Positions 8,314-16,373 of a stretch of DNA of 64,000 nucleotides are shown one piece after another. The stretch is from Eubacteriales bacterium (lineage in GTDB: Bacteria > Bacillota > Clostridia > Oscillospirales > CAG-272). The position numbers and the translations under genes were made by a program. The notes under the pieces are model-generated. The model searched no databases, was not told the DNA's origin, and saw only the letters and a program-made list of their open reading frames with translations. Location of the stretch: positions 109,996-173,995 of the forward strand of contig JAZUKN010000102.1 of NCBI GenBank assembly GCA_045643285.1, written 5' to 3'. The stretch's first letter is position 1; the number at the start of each line of letters is the position of its first letter.

Positions 8314-10344
8314 ATGAACAGATTAGGGACAGACGGCAAAAAAAGCGGAAAGCTGTCTTCGTTCTTCCGCTCAAGCCTCATTATCTCTTCAATAGATAAA
8401 TTCACTTCATATATATATTCGCTTTTCGGAAGCGGTTTGTTCGGTATGATCTTCACGGGCTACAGGCACGAGACAAAAACCGTTCTTTCCGAGAATAAAA
8501 AAGAATCCCGCGGACGACTGTCCGAGATTAGACGAAGCATCTGCCGCTTTATAGAATCGAGCTTTTTCGTCAATCTTGTAAAGAATATCGCCGACTTCTT
8601 CCTTGAATGTAAGATGAAGGTCTACGGCGCGTTCCTTGTATCATTTGCTGTATATAATATAATTGTGGCCTCTTTCACCGCGCTCGTGAAGAACGACGTG
8701 TCCGTTATAACGGGGAACACAGGCGTTGCGGTGGCACTTGTGATAGGTCTTGCGGCGATACCGCTGATTTTCTCAAAAAAGAATCTCGCCGAGGCACTGA
8801 CCTCTTCGTTTATCGGAAAAGCTGTCCTCAGATATACGGGCTATACGTCGCTTGAACATTCCGGCAAGGACGCACACCGCGGATACGCAAGCGTCGGATT
8901 CTTACTCGGTGTAATCGTTGCGGTAGTAACACATACGTTTAATCCTCTCTTGGTTCTCGTCGGTATGCTTGCCGTGGTGTGGGCATATCTCGTGCTTATC
9001 AGACCGGAGATTGGCGTGCTGACGATGTTCTTTGCGATGCCGTTTCTGCCGACCATGGTGCTTGCCGCAATAGTTATTTACACTTTCCTATGCTTCTGCA
9101 TAAAGCTCTTGCGCGGCAAACGTGTGCTTCGCTTTGAGCCGATCGACATAGTGGTGATAGCGTTCACCGCAATACTGTTCTCCGGCGGCATAATCACACT
9201 CTCCCCCGATTCGTTGAAGCCGGCTCTTCTTATGGTGTGCCTTATAATGGGGTACTTCCTCACTGTAGAGCTTATCGAATCACGCGAGTGGCTTGTCCGC
9301 TGTTCGGTGACGGCAGTCGTCTCCGCGTCGCTTGTGTCTCTGTACGGTATCATAACATACTACACCGGAAGCGGCTACTATTCAAAGGCATGGCTTGACT
9401 CCGATATGTTCAACGGCATTTCAAACCGCGCCGTATCGACTCTTGAAAACCCGAATATGCTCGGTGAATATCTGATACTGCTCCTCCCGATCGCACTTGT
9501 TATGCTTATCGGAAAGGGCGAGGGACTCAGAAAACTTCCGGCACTGTTCTGTATCGCACTTATGGGAGCGTGCCTGCTTCTTACATGGAGCCGCGGCGCA
9601 TGGCTCGCACTGATAGTCGCGCTCGTCTGCTTCCTCTTTATGTGGCACTACCGCTCGATATGGCTCGTACTGCTCGGCGTTGCATCGATCCCGATTTTGC
9701 CGTCTATATTGCCGCAGTCGATCATTAACCGCTTTGCGTCAATCGGCAATATGTCCGACTCGTCGACGTCGTACAGAGTATATATTTGGCGCGCGGCAGT
9801 CAATATGCTCAAAGACAACGCCGTAGCCGGTATCGGGATAGGCGAGAGCGCGTGGAGACGGCTTTATCCGCTTTACGCATATATGGGTATCGAGGTCGCA
9901 CCGCACTCGCATAACCTGTTCATTCAGACTTGGCTTGAGCTTGGCGTGTTCGGATTCACCGCACTCGTCGTGTTCATATTCCTGCTTCTGAAATCCGCAT
10001 TTTCACTGTTCTCGGATATAAAGTCCTGCTCGCTGAAGACCGCAGAGCTGTCTGAGAGAATGTTGCTCGACAATACGCTCTTTCCAAACAGTAAGGTCGA
10101 ATCCCGCAGCGCGAGCCGCCGACAGATTCGCCTGTCCGTAATAGGACCGCTCACCGGAATAATCGCGGTTCTCGTGCAGGGAATGACGGACTACTCGTGG
10201 TACAACTACAGACTGTATCTGATGTTCTGGCTTGTCGCAGGTCTGACTGTCGCATACATCAGAAACGGCAACTCGTATATTGAGCATACACCGTCCGTTG
10301 TAACGGAAATCAAACACAAAAAGAAAAAACGGGAGGAATCGTGA
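8314..10344 (+). CDS. O-antigen ligase family (Wzy_C domain) polytopic membrane protein
   Basis: 676 aa with more than 10 predicted TM helices. The periplasmic-loop motif WSRGAWLALIVAL...H(x)HN (APHSHNLFIQ) is typical of WaaL/Wzy_C. Strong SD AAAGGAGGAAA. Confidence 0.7.
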   Translation: MNRLGTDGKKSGKLSSFFRSSLIISSIDKFTSYIYSLFGSGLFGMIFTGYRHETKTVLSENKKESRGRLSEIRRSICRFIESSFFVNLVKNIADFFLECKMKVYGAFLVSFAVYNIIVASFTALVKNDVSVITGNTGVAVALVIGLAAIPLIFSKKNLAEALTSSFIGKAVLRYTGYTSLEHSGKDAHRGYASVGFLLGVIVAVVTHTFNPLLVLVGMLAVVWAYLVLIRPEIGVLTMFFAMPFLPTMVLAAIVIYTFLCFCIKLLRGKRVLRFEPIDIVVIAFTAILFSGGIITLSPDSLKPALLMVCLIMGYFLTVELIESREWLVRCSVTAVVSASLVSLYGIITYYTGSGYYSKAWLDSDMFNGISNRAVSTLENPNMLGEYLILLLPIALVMLIGKGEGLRKLPALFCIALMGACLLLTWSRGAWLALIVALVCFLFMWHYRSIWLVLLGVASIPILPSILPQSIINRFASIGNMSDSSTSYRVYIWRAAVNMLKDNAVAGIGIGESAWRRLYPLYAYMGIEVAPHSHNLFIQTWLELGVFGFTALVVFIFLLLKSAFSLFSDIKSCSLKTAELSERMLLDNTLFPNSKVESRSASRRQIRLSVIGPLTGIIAVLVQGMTDYSWYNYRLYLMFWLVAGLTVAYIRNGNSYIEHTPSVVTEIKHKKKKREES

Positions 10345-10838
10345 TGAAAGAGAAAAAGATTCGCTTCAATTTCATTGACGTGCTGCTGATACTTGTTATC
10401 GCCGCCGTAGTGTTCGTACTTCTGTATATTTTCGTGTTCAGCGAAAACAAAAACGAAGTCTCGGCAGGCGCGGAACAGACGACCATTCGCTATGTCGTCC
10501 AGGCAACAGAAGTTGACGAACAGTTCGACGGACTCGCAAAGGTCGGTGATCAGGCAGAAGAATCCGTAGTCCGCAAGAATATCGGAACGGTGATCGGCGT
10601 TCAGTCTGAGCCATACAAAAAAGTCACGTTCGACTATGAAAACGGACGTGAAACGGTATCCGAGGTCGACGGCAGAGTGACGGTCAACCTGACTATTGAG
10701 GCAACTGCCACAGAAAGCGATACCGCGTTCAGCGTAAACGGATGCGATATAAGAGTAGGACAGCAGTACAGCGTCGCACTTCCGGATGTATTCCTTTCGG
10801 GATACTGCATCGAGCTGTCTGCCGACACACAAAACTGA
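10341..10838 (+). CDS. DUF4330-like single-pass membrane protein
   Basis: The N-terminus (KIRFNFIDVLLILVIAAVVFVLL) is followed by a beta-rich domain. The start overlaps the upstream stop (GTGATGA). Confidence 0.5.
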   Translation: MMKEKKIRFNFIDVLLILVIAAVVFVLLYIFVFSENKNEVSAGAEQTTIRYVVQATEVDEQFDGLAKVGDQAEESVVRKNIGTVIGVQSEPYKKVTFDYENGRETVSEVDGRVTVNLTIEATATESDTAFSVNGCDIRVGQQYSVALPDVFLSGYCIELSADTQN

Positions 10839-10858
10839 CTTAACGGGGATTTACTGAA

Positions 10859-12055
10859 ATGATACAGTTTATTATGATTCTCGTCGCATTCATCTGCGCG
10901 GGACTGCTCGCTTATTCTCTGACGCCTGCCGTGAGAGTGCTTGCATTCAAGATCGGTGCTATCGACATTCCGCTTGATTCACGCCGCGTGCATGAAAAGC
11001 CGATCCCGCGTATCGGTGGACTTGCCATTTATCTCAGCTTCGTCATCACGACCGCTCTTTTCTGCGGAGCGAACAGAACGCTCCTTACGATATGGATAGG
11101 CGGCTTCATCCTCGTCGCAGTCGGGATACTTGACGACATCTTCCGCCTTAATGCATGGATAAAGCTGTTTGCACAGGTTGCAGTCGCAGTGTTCGCCGTC
11201 CTCTTCGGCTCGGTCATCGACCACGTCAATATCGGCGGTTATATCGATCTCGGCTTCTGGGCGTTCCCGCTGTCCGTGCTTTGGATAGTAGGACTCACGA
11301 ACGCCATAAACTTCATCGACGGTCTTGACGGTCTTGCGTGCGGTGTCAGTGCAATTTCATCGCTTTCGATGCTTCTCGTCGTGCTTCTCCACGGAGATAT
11401 GGTAAGCACGCTCCTCTGCGCCGTGCTGTTCGGATCGTGTATCGGATTTTTGCCGTTCAACTCTAATCCGGCGAGAATATTCATGGGAGACACCGGCGCG
11501 CTGTTCCTCGGATTCAGCCTTGCGATACTGTCAGTCAACGGTGTGTTCAAGCTCCACGCGATGCTGTCGTTCCTCGTTCCGTTGATAGTATTCGCACTTC
11601 CGATATTCGACGCCGCGTTTGCAATTTTCAGACGGCTTATCCACGGAAAAAGCCCGTTCGCTCCCGATAGAGGGCATATCCACCACAGACTTATCGACCT
11701 TGGCTTTACTCAGAAGGAATCCGTAAAGATCCTGTACGCGATCTGCGGCATCCTCGGACTTGTTGCGGTGTTCTGCTCCGACTCGTTCTTTGAGAGCTAC
11801 CGCGCACTGAGAACCGTTGCAATAGCCGTTATCGCAATAGTGATATTCATAATCAATTTCCTTATCATGCGTTGCCCCGGTACACGCCGTCACTCCGGTC
11901 TTATCGACGATAATCTGACGACGGAAGAATTCATAAAAGAACTTGATCCGGAGACTGCAAAGAAACTCGAAAAGCACAACGGACTTCAAGAAGGTAAAGA
12001 CGACTTAAAAGACGATATCGCCGCTGAAGCGGACGAGAAAAAAGAAAATGAATAA
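10859..12055 (+). CDS. glycosyltransferase family 4 polyprenyl-phosphate HexNAc-1-phosphate transferase (WecA/TagO/MraY-like)
   Basis: Motifs DDIFRL, NAINFIDGLDGLA and FMGDTGALFLGF across about 10 TM helices, plus an acidic C-terminal tail. Confidence 0.85.
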   Translation: MIQFIMILVAFICAGLLAYSLTPAVRVLAFKIGAIDIPLDSRRVHEKPIPRIGGLAIYLSFVITTALFCGANRTLLTIWIGGFILVAVGILDDIFRLNAWIKLFAQVAVAVFAVLFGSVIDHVNIGGYIDLGFWAFPLSVLWIVGLTNAINFIDGLDGLACGVSAISSLSMLLVVLLHGDMVSTLLCAVLFGSCIGFLPFNSNPARIFMGDTGALFLGFSLAILSVNGVFKLHAMLSFLVPLIVFALPIFDAAFAIFRRLIHGKSPFAPDRGHIHHRLIDLGFTQKESVKILYAICGILGLVAVFCSDSFFESYRALRTVAIAVIAIVIFIINFLIMRCPGTRRHSGLIDDNLTTEEFIKELDPETAKKLEKHNGLQEGKDDLKDDIAAEADEKKENE

Positions 12056-12764
12056 TATGGATACAGAGAAAAAAACGAAAATTACGCTGAAAACAGCGAT
12101 AATCCTCGCGCTCGCAGTGCTCCTTCTTGCCTTCGGCGTGATATTGCTCATCGGATTGCCGCGCGGCTGGTTCGGCGGAGATCCTTCCGAGAACGACGGA
12201 CAGGGCGGAAAAGCCGGTATCGAGGATATCAAAGTCTTTACTCCCGACGGAGAACTGTTCATGACCGTAGACGGTGACGATCCGCTCGGCTCGGTCCCAA
12301 AAGTGACGGACTATACCTGCACTGTTACCGTTTCCGATTCCTACGACGCTGTATCAAGCGCGAAATATGACGTTACCGCTTATAAAGGACGCTTCCGCAT
12401 CGACGGAGAGGGAAGAACGGTTATTTATGACGGCAAAACGTACTATTCCGAATCTCAGTCGTATATCATACGGAAAGAAACGACCGATATGACGTTTGAG
12501 AGCGAGGTCGGTATCTGTTCTTTTGACGAGCTGATAGCAAGAGGGGCAAGAGAGGCAAGAGGTCTCGACCGGGATATGGCATTCGTCATTACGTTTGAAA
12601 ACGGGGACTTGAGGGAAGAATACACAGTTTCCCTTGTTTACGGCATCGTAGTGTCCGGAACAGTTTACAGCGGAGATACGTTGGTTAAATCCTTCTCCGT
12701 TACCGACATAAACATTCTTACAGATGAGAACATAGACCTCGGACGTTTAACGATTCCCGAATGA
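12048..12764 (+). CDS. hypothetical membrane-anchored protein
   Basis: A single N-terminal TM helix with no motif I recognise. It overlaps the upstream gene by 8 nt, suggesting translational coupling. Confidence 0.5.
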   Translation: MNNMDTEKKTKITLKTAIILALAVLLLAFGVILLIGLPRGWFGGDPSENDGQGGKAGIEDIKVFTPDGELFMTVDGDDPLGSVPKVTDYTCTVTVSDSYDAVSSAKYDVTAYKGRFRIDGEGRTVIYDGKTYYSESQSYIIRKETTDMTFESEVGICSFDELIARGAREARGLDRDMAFVITFENGDLREEYTVSLVYGIVVSGTVYSGDTLVKSFSVTDINILTDENIDLGRLTIPE

Positions 12765-12782
12765 GAAAGCAGGAGTGAAAAT

Positions 12783-13286
12783 ATGAAAAACAAAAAGAAA
12801 CTCGGTGCGCTTGACTACTGTATTATTTTTGCACTGATAGCCGTTGTCGTCTGCTTTGCAGTCAGATATATCGGCACGGACCGCTCGGAGGTCTCGGAGA
12901 AAGTCGAGCTTGAAGACTACATCGTATCGTTCAGAGTGTGCGGAATCAAGGATTCGTCGGCGAAAAACTATATGATGCCCGGCAGTAAATTCTATATCAA
13001 GGATACCGGCGTATATTTCGGAGAACTCAGAGAGGGACTCACGATAAGAGACGCAGAAACATATTACGAGCTTGATAACGGTGAGATCGTGATCGGCTCG
13101 AATAACGCAGTAGGGGATCTCTACCGCGTGGATGTTGACGGCAGCTTTACGGCACAGGGTAAGACGGACGCGAACGGCAAATTTCTCCTCGGCGGCAATA
13201 CTTACGTCGGCGTGAATAAAACGTTCATCATACAGAGCAAATATCTTTCGATCTCGATAATCGTAACGGATGTAAGAAAAGCGTAA
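12783..13286 (+). CDS. DUF4330-like single-pass membrane protein (second copy)
   Basis: It has the same architecture as 10341..10838 (N-terminal TM helix plus a beta-rich domain of about 130 aa) but is very divergent. Confidence 0.45.
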   Translation: MKNKKKLGALDYCIIFALIAVVVCFAVRYIGTDRSEVSEKVELEDYIVSFRVCGIKDSSAKNYMMPGSKFYIKDTGVYFGELREGLTIRDAETYYELDNGEIVIGSNNAVGDLYRVDVDGSFTAQGKTDANGKFLLGGNTYVGVNKTFIIQSKYLSISIIVTDVRKA

Positions 13287-13298
13287 GCATAAAGAAAC

Positions 13299-13328
13299 CA
13301 GACTGAATAAAAACTCAGTCTGTTTTTT
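13299..13328 (+). terminator. intrinsic terminator (hairpin overlaps the 3' end of the convergent FkbM gene)
   Basis: Stem CAGACTGA/TCAGTCTG followed by T6. Confidence 0.7.
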
Positions 13329-14394
13329 CTTGTTTAACAGCATACAGCATCAGATCCCACATCGGGATGCACGGCACACGCCTCAGATACAGCCTGTGCT
13401 TAGGCAAAAGCTCGTGGACGTACAAAATCAGCCCGAATAAGTCGTCAGTCCTGTGATAGAGCGAAACGGCAAGAGAGGGCTTGTCGCGGCTTATGACAGA
13501 TAATGCACCGTCGAGCGCGGCTTTTTCGTCCCCCTCAACGTCGAGCTTGATGAGATCGACTTTTTCGTTTCCGATAAGCCCGTCTATTGTCTGCTTGTTG
13601 ACTTCAACGACCTTTGCACGTCTGTTTCTCCCGTTCTCCCCCGAACCGCGGCTTTGTGATGATATGTATTCAGCGATTCCGCACTCGCTTGAGAGCATAG
13701 CGTTCACCGGAATCACTTTCGTCCTCGATTCGCTTTCGGCGTATTCGCAGAGCTTTTTGTATGTCCTGCCGTCTGCTTCGACCGCATAGATTTTCTCCGG
13801 CTCAAGATACTCGGCGAACAGAGCAGTACTGTCTCCTTTGAAAGCACCGCCGTCGATCAAGGTTTTGATTTTGCCTTTTCCGAACAGGGAAGAGAGCGTC
13901 TCTTCCGTCGCTTCCGTCTCATGGAGATAGCATAGTTTGCCTGTCAGACGGAAGTTCACGGCGTCCTCGTACAGCTTTGCCGATACCTCGTCAGACAGCA
14001 CAGAAGCCGCTTTTTCGAGCATATCCGCATGACTGCGGTAGTAGACCATGTCGAACAGTTCTCCGCCGTACAGAGGCACCTCGGGGATGATAAGCTCGTG
14101 CCGCACGTCTAGCTCCTCAATAAATGCCGTAACGTCAGGCAGAGTCGTTCCGAACGCGAGCAGAATAATTATATCGTCTCCGTATTCACTTACCACATCG
14201 CTGTATGACCGCACGGGATAACCTCGGAACGTCCGCTCCCTAACGAATCCGTCGGATGCAAACACCGCATCGGGCTTGACACCGTATTTTTCGAGCGCAT
14301 CGAAAATTTTGTCCGCACCGTTGCCCGTTCCGTATATCACGATCGACTTGTCGTGTGTCGCCAGCCGATCCCATAAAGAATAGTTTTCCGTCAT
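13315..14394 (-). CDS. FkbM family methyltransferase
   Basis: The C-terminal half has IDGGAFKGDST and VDLIKLDVEGDEKAALDGA, the FkbM signature. The N-terminal half is Rossmann-like. Confidence 0.75.
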   Translation of the reverse strand: MTENYSLWDRLATHDKSIVIYGTGNGADKIFDALEKYGVKPDAVFASDGFVRERTFRGYPVRSYSDVVSEYGDDIIILLAFGTTLPDVTAFIEELDVRHELIIPEVPLYGGELFDMVYYRSHADMLEKAASVLSDEVSAKLYEDAVNFRLTGKLCYLHETEATEETLSSLFGKGKIKTLIDGGAFKGDSTALFAEYLEPEKIYAVEADGRTYKKLCEYAESESRTKVIPVNAMLSSECGIAEYISSQSRGSGENGRNRRAKVVEVNKQTIDGLIGNEKVDLIKLDVEGDEKAALDGALSVISRDKPSLAVSLYHRTDDLFGLILYVHELLPKHRLYLRRVPCIPMWDLMLYAVKQEKTD

Positions 14395-15212
14395 TGTATC
14401 TTATCTAAAACGAAGTATCGCTCCGCATTGTTCCAGAGTATGTCTTCGCGCTCCTTGTCTGTCAGTTTTATTTTCATAAATCTCTCAACTTCATCGGAGA
14501 GATCGGGTACGGGGTAGTCCGTGCCGAACATTATGTTTTCTTCGCCGAGCGTGCCGATTATCTCCGCCGCTTTTTCGGGTGACATCAGCCAAAGACTGCT
14601 CGACGTGTCGAACATCAGATTTTTGATCCCTTTCAGAACTGGTACGGATTCGTTAAACGATTTGTATCCTCCGAAATGCGCGGCAGTGATCTCAAGAGCA
14701 GGGAACAGAGAAGAGAGACGCACGAGCTTGTCGGGAGAAGAATAGCGGAAGGTCGTTCTGTCGTCGCCCATGTGAAGACATAGCTTCATTTTTTTCGCGC
14801 ACATTATTTCGTATAGCGGCAATAGCTTCGCGTCGTCAAGGTCGATCCCCTGTATATCGGGATGCAGCTTCACGCCGGTCAAGCCGAGCGAGGCGGCTCT
14901 GTCAAGCTCCGCTTCAAAATCGGGGTAGTCCTGGTGCATTGACGCAAAGCCTACGGTTTTGAATCCGTGTTCGCGCGATAATTTAACCGATGCCGCAACA
15001 GCATCGTTGACTTTTTGAACCTGGTGCGGATTAGTCGCAACGCAGAAGAGCAGAAAACCGCCGAAGCCGAGTTTTTTCCCTTTTTCTTCGAGATCGTCGT
15101 ATGTACCTTTGTTGTCGACGGGGAAAGAATAGAACTCTGCGAGATTAGCGCAGGCACGTGCGGCGATCACTTCGGGATATGTGTGAGCATGAGCGTCAAA
15201 AATTCTGAACAT
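14391..15212 (-). CDS. amidohydrolase family (TIM-barrel metal-dependent hydrolase)
   Basis: The N-terminal DAHAH metal motif, internal HMGD and a C-terminal FGTDYP are consistent with Amidohydro_2. It overlaps the FkbM gene start by 4 nt. Confidence 0.65.
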   Translation of the reverse strand: MFRIFDAHAHTYPEVIAARACANLAEFYSFPVDNKGTYDDLEEKGKKLGFGGFLLFCVATNPHQVQKVNDAVAASVKLSREHGFKTVGFASMHQDYPDFEAELDRAASLGLTGVKLHPDIQGIDLDDAKLLPLYEIMCAKKMKLCLHMGDDRTTFRYSSPDKLVRLSSLFPALEITAAHFGGYKSFNESVPVLKGIKNLMFDTSSSLWLMSPEKAAEIIGTLGEENIMFGTDYPVPDLSDEVERFMKIKLTDKEREDILWNNAERYFVLDKIQ

Positions 15213-15289
15213 TTTCGTCTGACCTTGATTTTCCGTGATTTTTGTGATAAAATGAATTTACACTATATTATACCACAGGAGAGAACAAA

Positions 15290-15634
15290 ATGGATTGCTT
15301 ATTTTGTAAAATTATTGCCGGAGAAATACCGTCCGCAAAAGTTTATGAAGACGAATACTGCTACGCATTCAAGGATATAGCGCCGGAAGCACCGTGCCAC
15401 GTTCTTGTAGTGCCGAAAACGCACATCTCGTCAATGGATGAGATCACGCCCGAAAACAGCGCAGTCGTTGCGCGTATCTTCGAGAAGATCCCCGAAATCG
15501 CACGGCTCGGCGGTGCTGAGAACGGCTACAGAGTAATTTCGAACTGCGGCGAGGACGGCGGTCAGTCAGTTATGCACCTGCATTTCCATATCCTCGGCGG
15601 CGCAAAGCTCCCTCTTCACCTGAACGGAAACTGA
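15290..15634 (+). CDS. HIT family (histidine triad) protein
   Basis: 114 aa, CLFCKII N-terminus and the HLHFHILGG triad. Confidence 0.9.
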   Translation: MDCLFCKIIAGEIPSAKVYEDEYCYAFKDIAPEAPCHVLVVPKTHISSMDEITPENSAVVARIFEKIPEIARLGGAENGYRVISNCGEDGGQSVMHLHFHILGGAKLPLHLNGN

Positions 15635-15652
15635 AAAAACATCTGTAAACGA

Positions 15653-15699
15653 AAATCCTTCTGTGGGCTTCAAATGAAAAGCGCATAGAAGGATTTTTT
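15653..15699 (+). terminator. intrinsic terminator after the HIT gene
   Basis: Stem AAATCCTTCT/AGAAGGATTT followed by a T-run. The loop is long (about 24 nt). Confidence 0.55.
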
Positions 15700-15701
15700 G
15701 T

Positions 15702-15962
15702 GTGAGTCAGTCTTTCTGTAAACCAACGGATCGAAATAAACCCGTTTATCACGTCACGATAAGTGAAAAGATAAAAAATTACCGCCATGAAAACAAGCTG
15801 ACTCAAAGCGAGTTCGGACGGCTGATCGGTGTGTCTGCTCAGGTGGTATGTAAATGGGAGCAGAATATCTGTTATCCCGATATAATATTTCTGCCGCATC
15901 TTGCACGCAACTTAAGCTGTACGACCGATGATTTTTTCGAAAAACAAGAAACCGGCAAATGA
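15702..15962 (+). CDS. XRE-family helix-turn-helix transcriptional regulator
   Basis: HTH_3 signature KLTQSEFGRLIGVSAQVVCKWEQN. The GTG start is uncertain because no ATG lies upstream of the HTH. Confidence 0.65.
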   Translation: MSQSFCKPTDRNKPVYHVTISEKIKNYRHENKLTQSEFGRLIGVSAQVVCKWEQNICYPDIIFLPHLARNLSCTTDDFFEKQETGK

Positions 15963-16009
15963 AATTTTCCCAATTTCAATTAACGGTAAAGGTTTTTTCG
16001 GATAAAGTC

Positions 16010-16039
16010 TTGACGGAATACAAAACGGTATGATATAAT
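16010..16039 (+). promoter_or_regulatory. sigma-A-type promoter of the candidate small RNA
   Basis: TTGACG (16010-16015), 18-nt spacer ending in TGa, TATAAT (16034-16039). Confidence 0.6.
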
Positions 16040-16044
16040 ACTTT

Positions 16045-16210
16045 TGCGACACAATTTAATAATTTTATCACTATGTAAGTGTGTGTTTTTTTGTTTTCGG
16101 CAAAAACGCATACTCTGTTTTTCGCATACTATCATAGTGAGAAAAAATTGTGTCGCAGCAATAGGAGTTATGCGTTTTTCAGTGTGTAGCTTCGGCTACG
16201 CACTTTTTTA
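16045..16210 (+). ncRNA. candidate small structured RNA or leader (unclassified)
   Basis: It begins just after the -10 element. Nested helices are 16045-16056/16146-16157 (12 bp perfect) and 16068-16075/16133-16140 (8 bp perfect). A competing helix is 16102-16115/16165-16179. It ends with a UUCG-loop terminator. Confidence 0.45.
16183..16209 (+). terminator. intrinsic terminator
   Basis: Stem TGTGTAGC/GCTACGCA (one G-U pair) with a TTCG tetraloop, followed by CTTTTTT. Confidence 0.75.
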
Positions 16211-16246
16211 TTCCACTCAGTTGTGACTTTATAAACGAACAAGTGA

Positions 16247-16275
16247 TTGACTCGTCGGCATAATTCTGTTATAAT
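16247..16275 (+). promoter_or_regulatory. sigma-A-type promoter of the ABC exporter operon
   Basis: TTGACT, 17-nt spacer ending in TGt, TATAAT. It lies about 100 nt upstream of the 16374 ATG. Confidence 0.6.
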
Positions 16276-16373
16276 TTTCTCGAAAAACGAAATAATTCCG
16301 TGAGCCGATTGTTTATTATTATAGGAGAGAATATCGCACTCGGTAGAAATATACGAAAAAAGGAAATAACATA

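Noticed and set aside
16045-16160. Calling the candidate RNA 6S RNA, or a MITE with 12-bp terminal inverted repeats
   Set aside because: I cannot recognise conserved 6S central-bubble features by eye, and it has its own terminator. There are no target-site duplications flanking the inverted repeats. It is left unclassified.
16044-16226. 60-aa ORF (TTG start) and its internal 18-codon ATG ORF (16170..16226) as a possible type-I toxin
   Set aside because: The SD-to-ATG spacing is only 2 nt, and the frame runs through the terminator hairpin and U tract, so a terminated transcript could not encode it.
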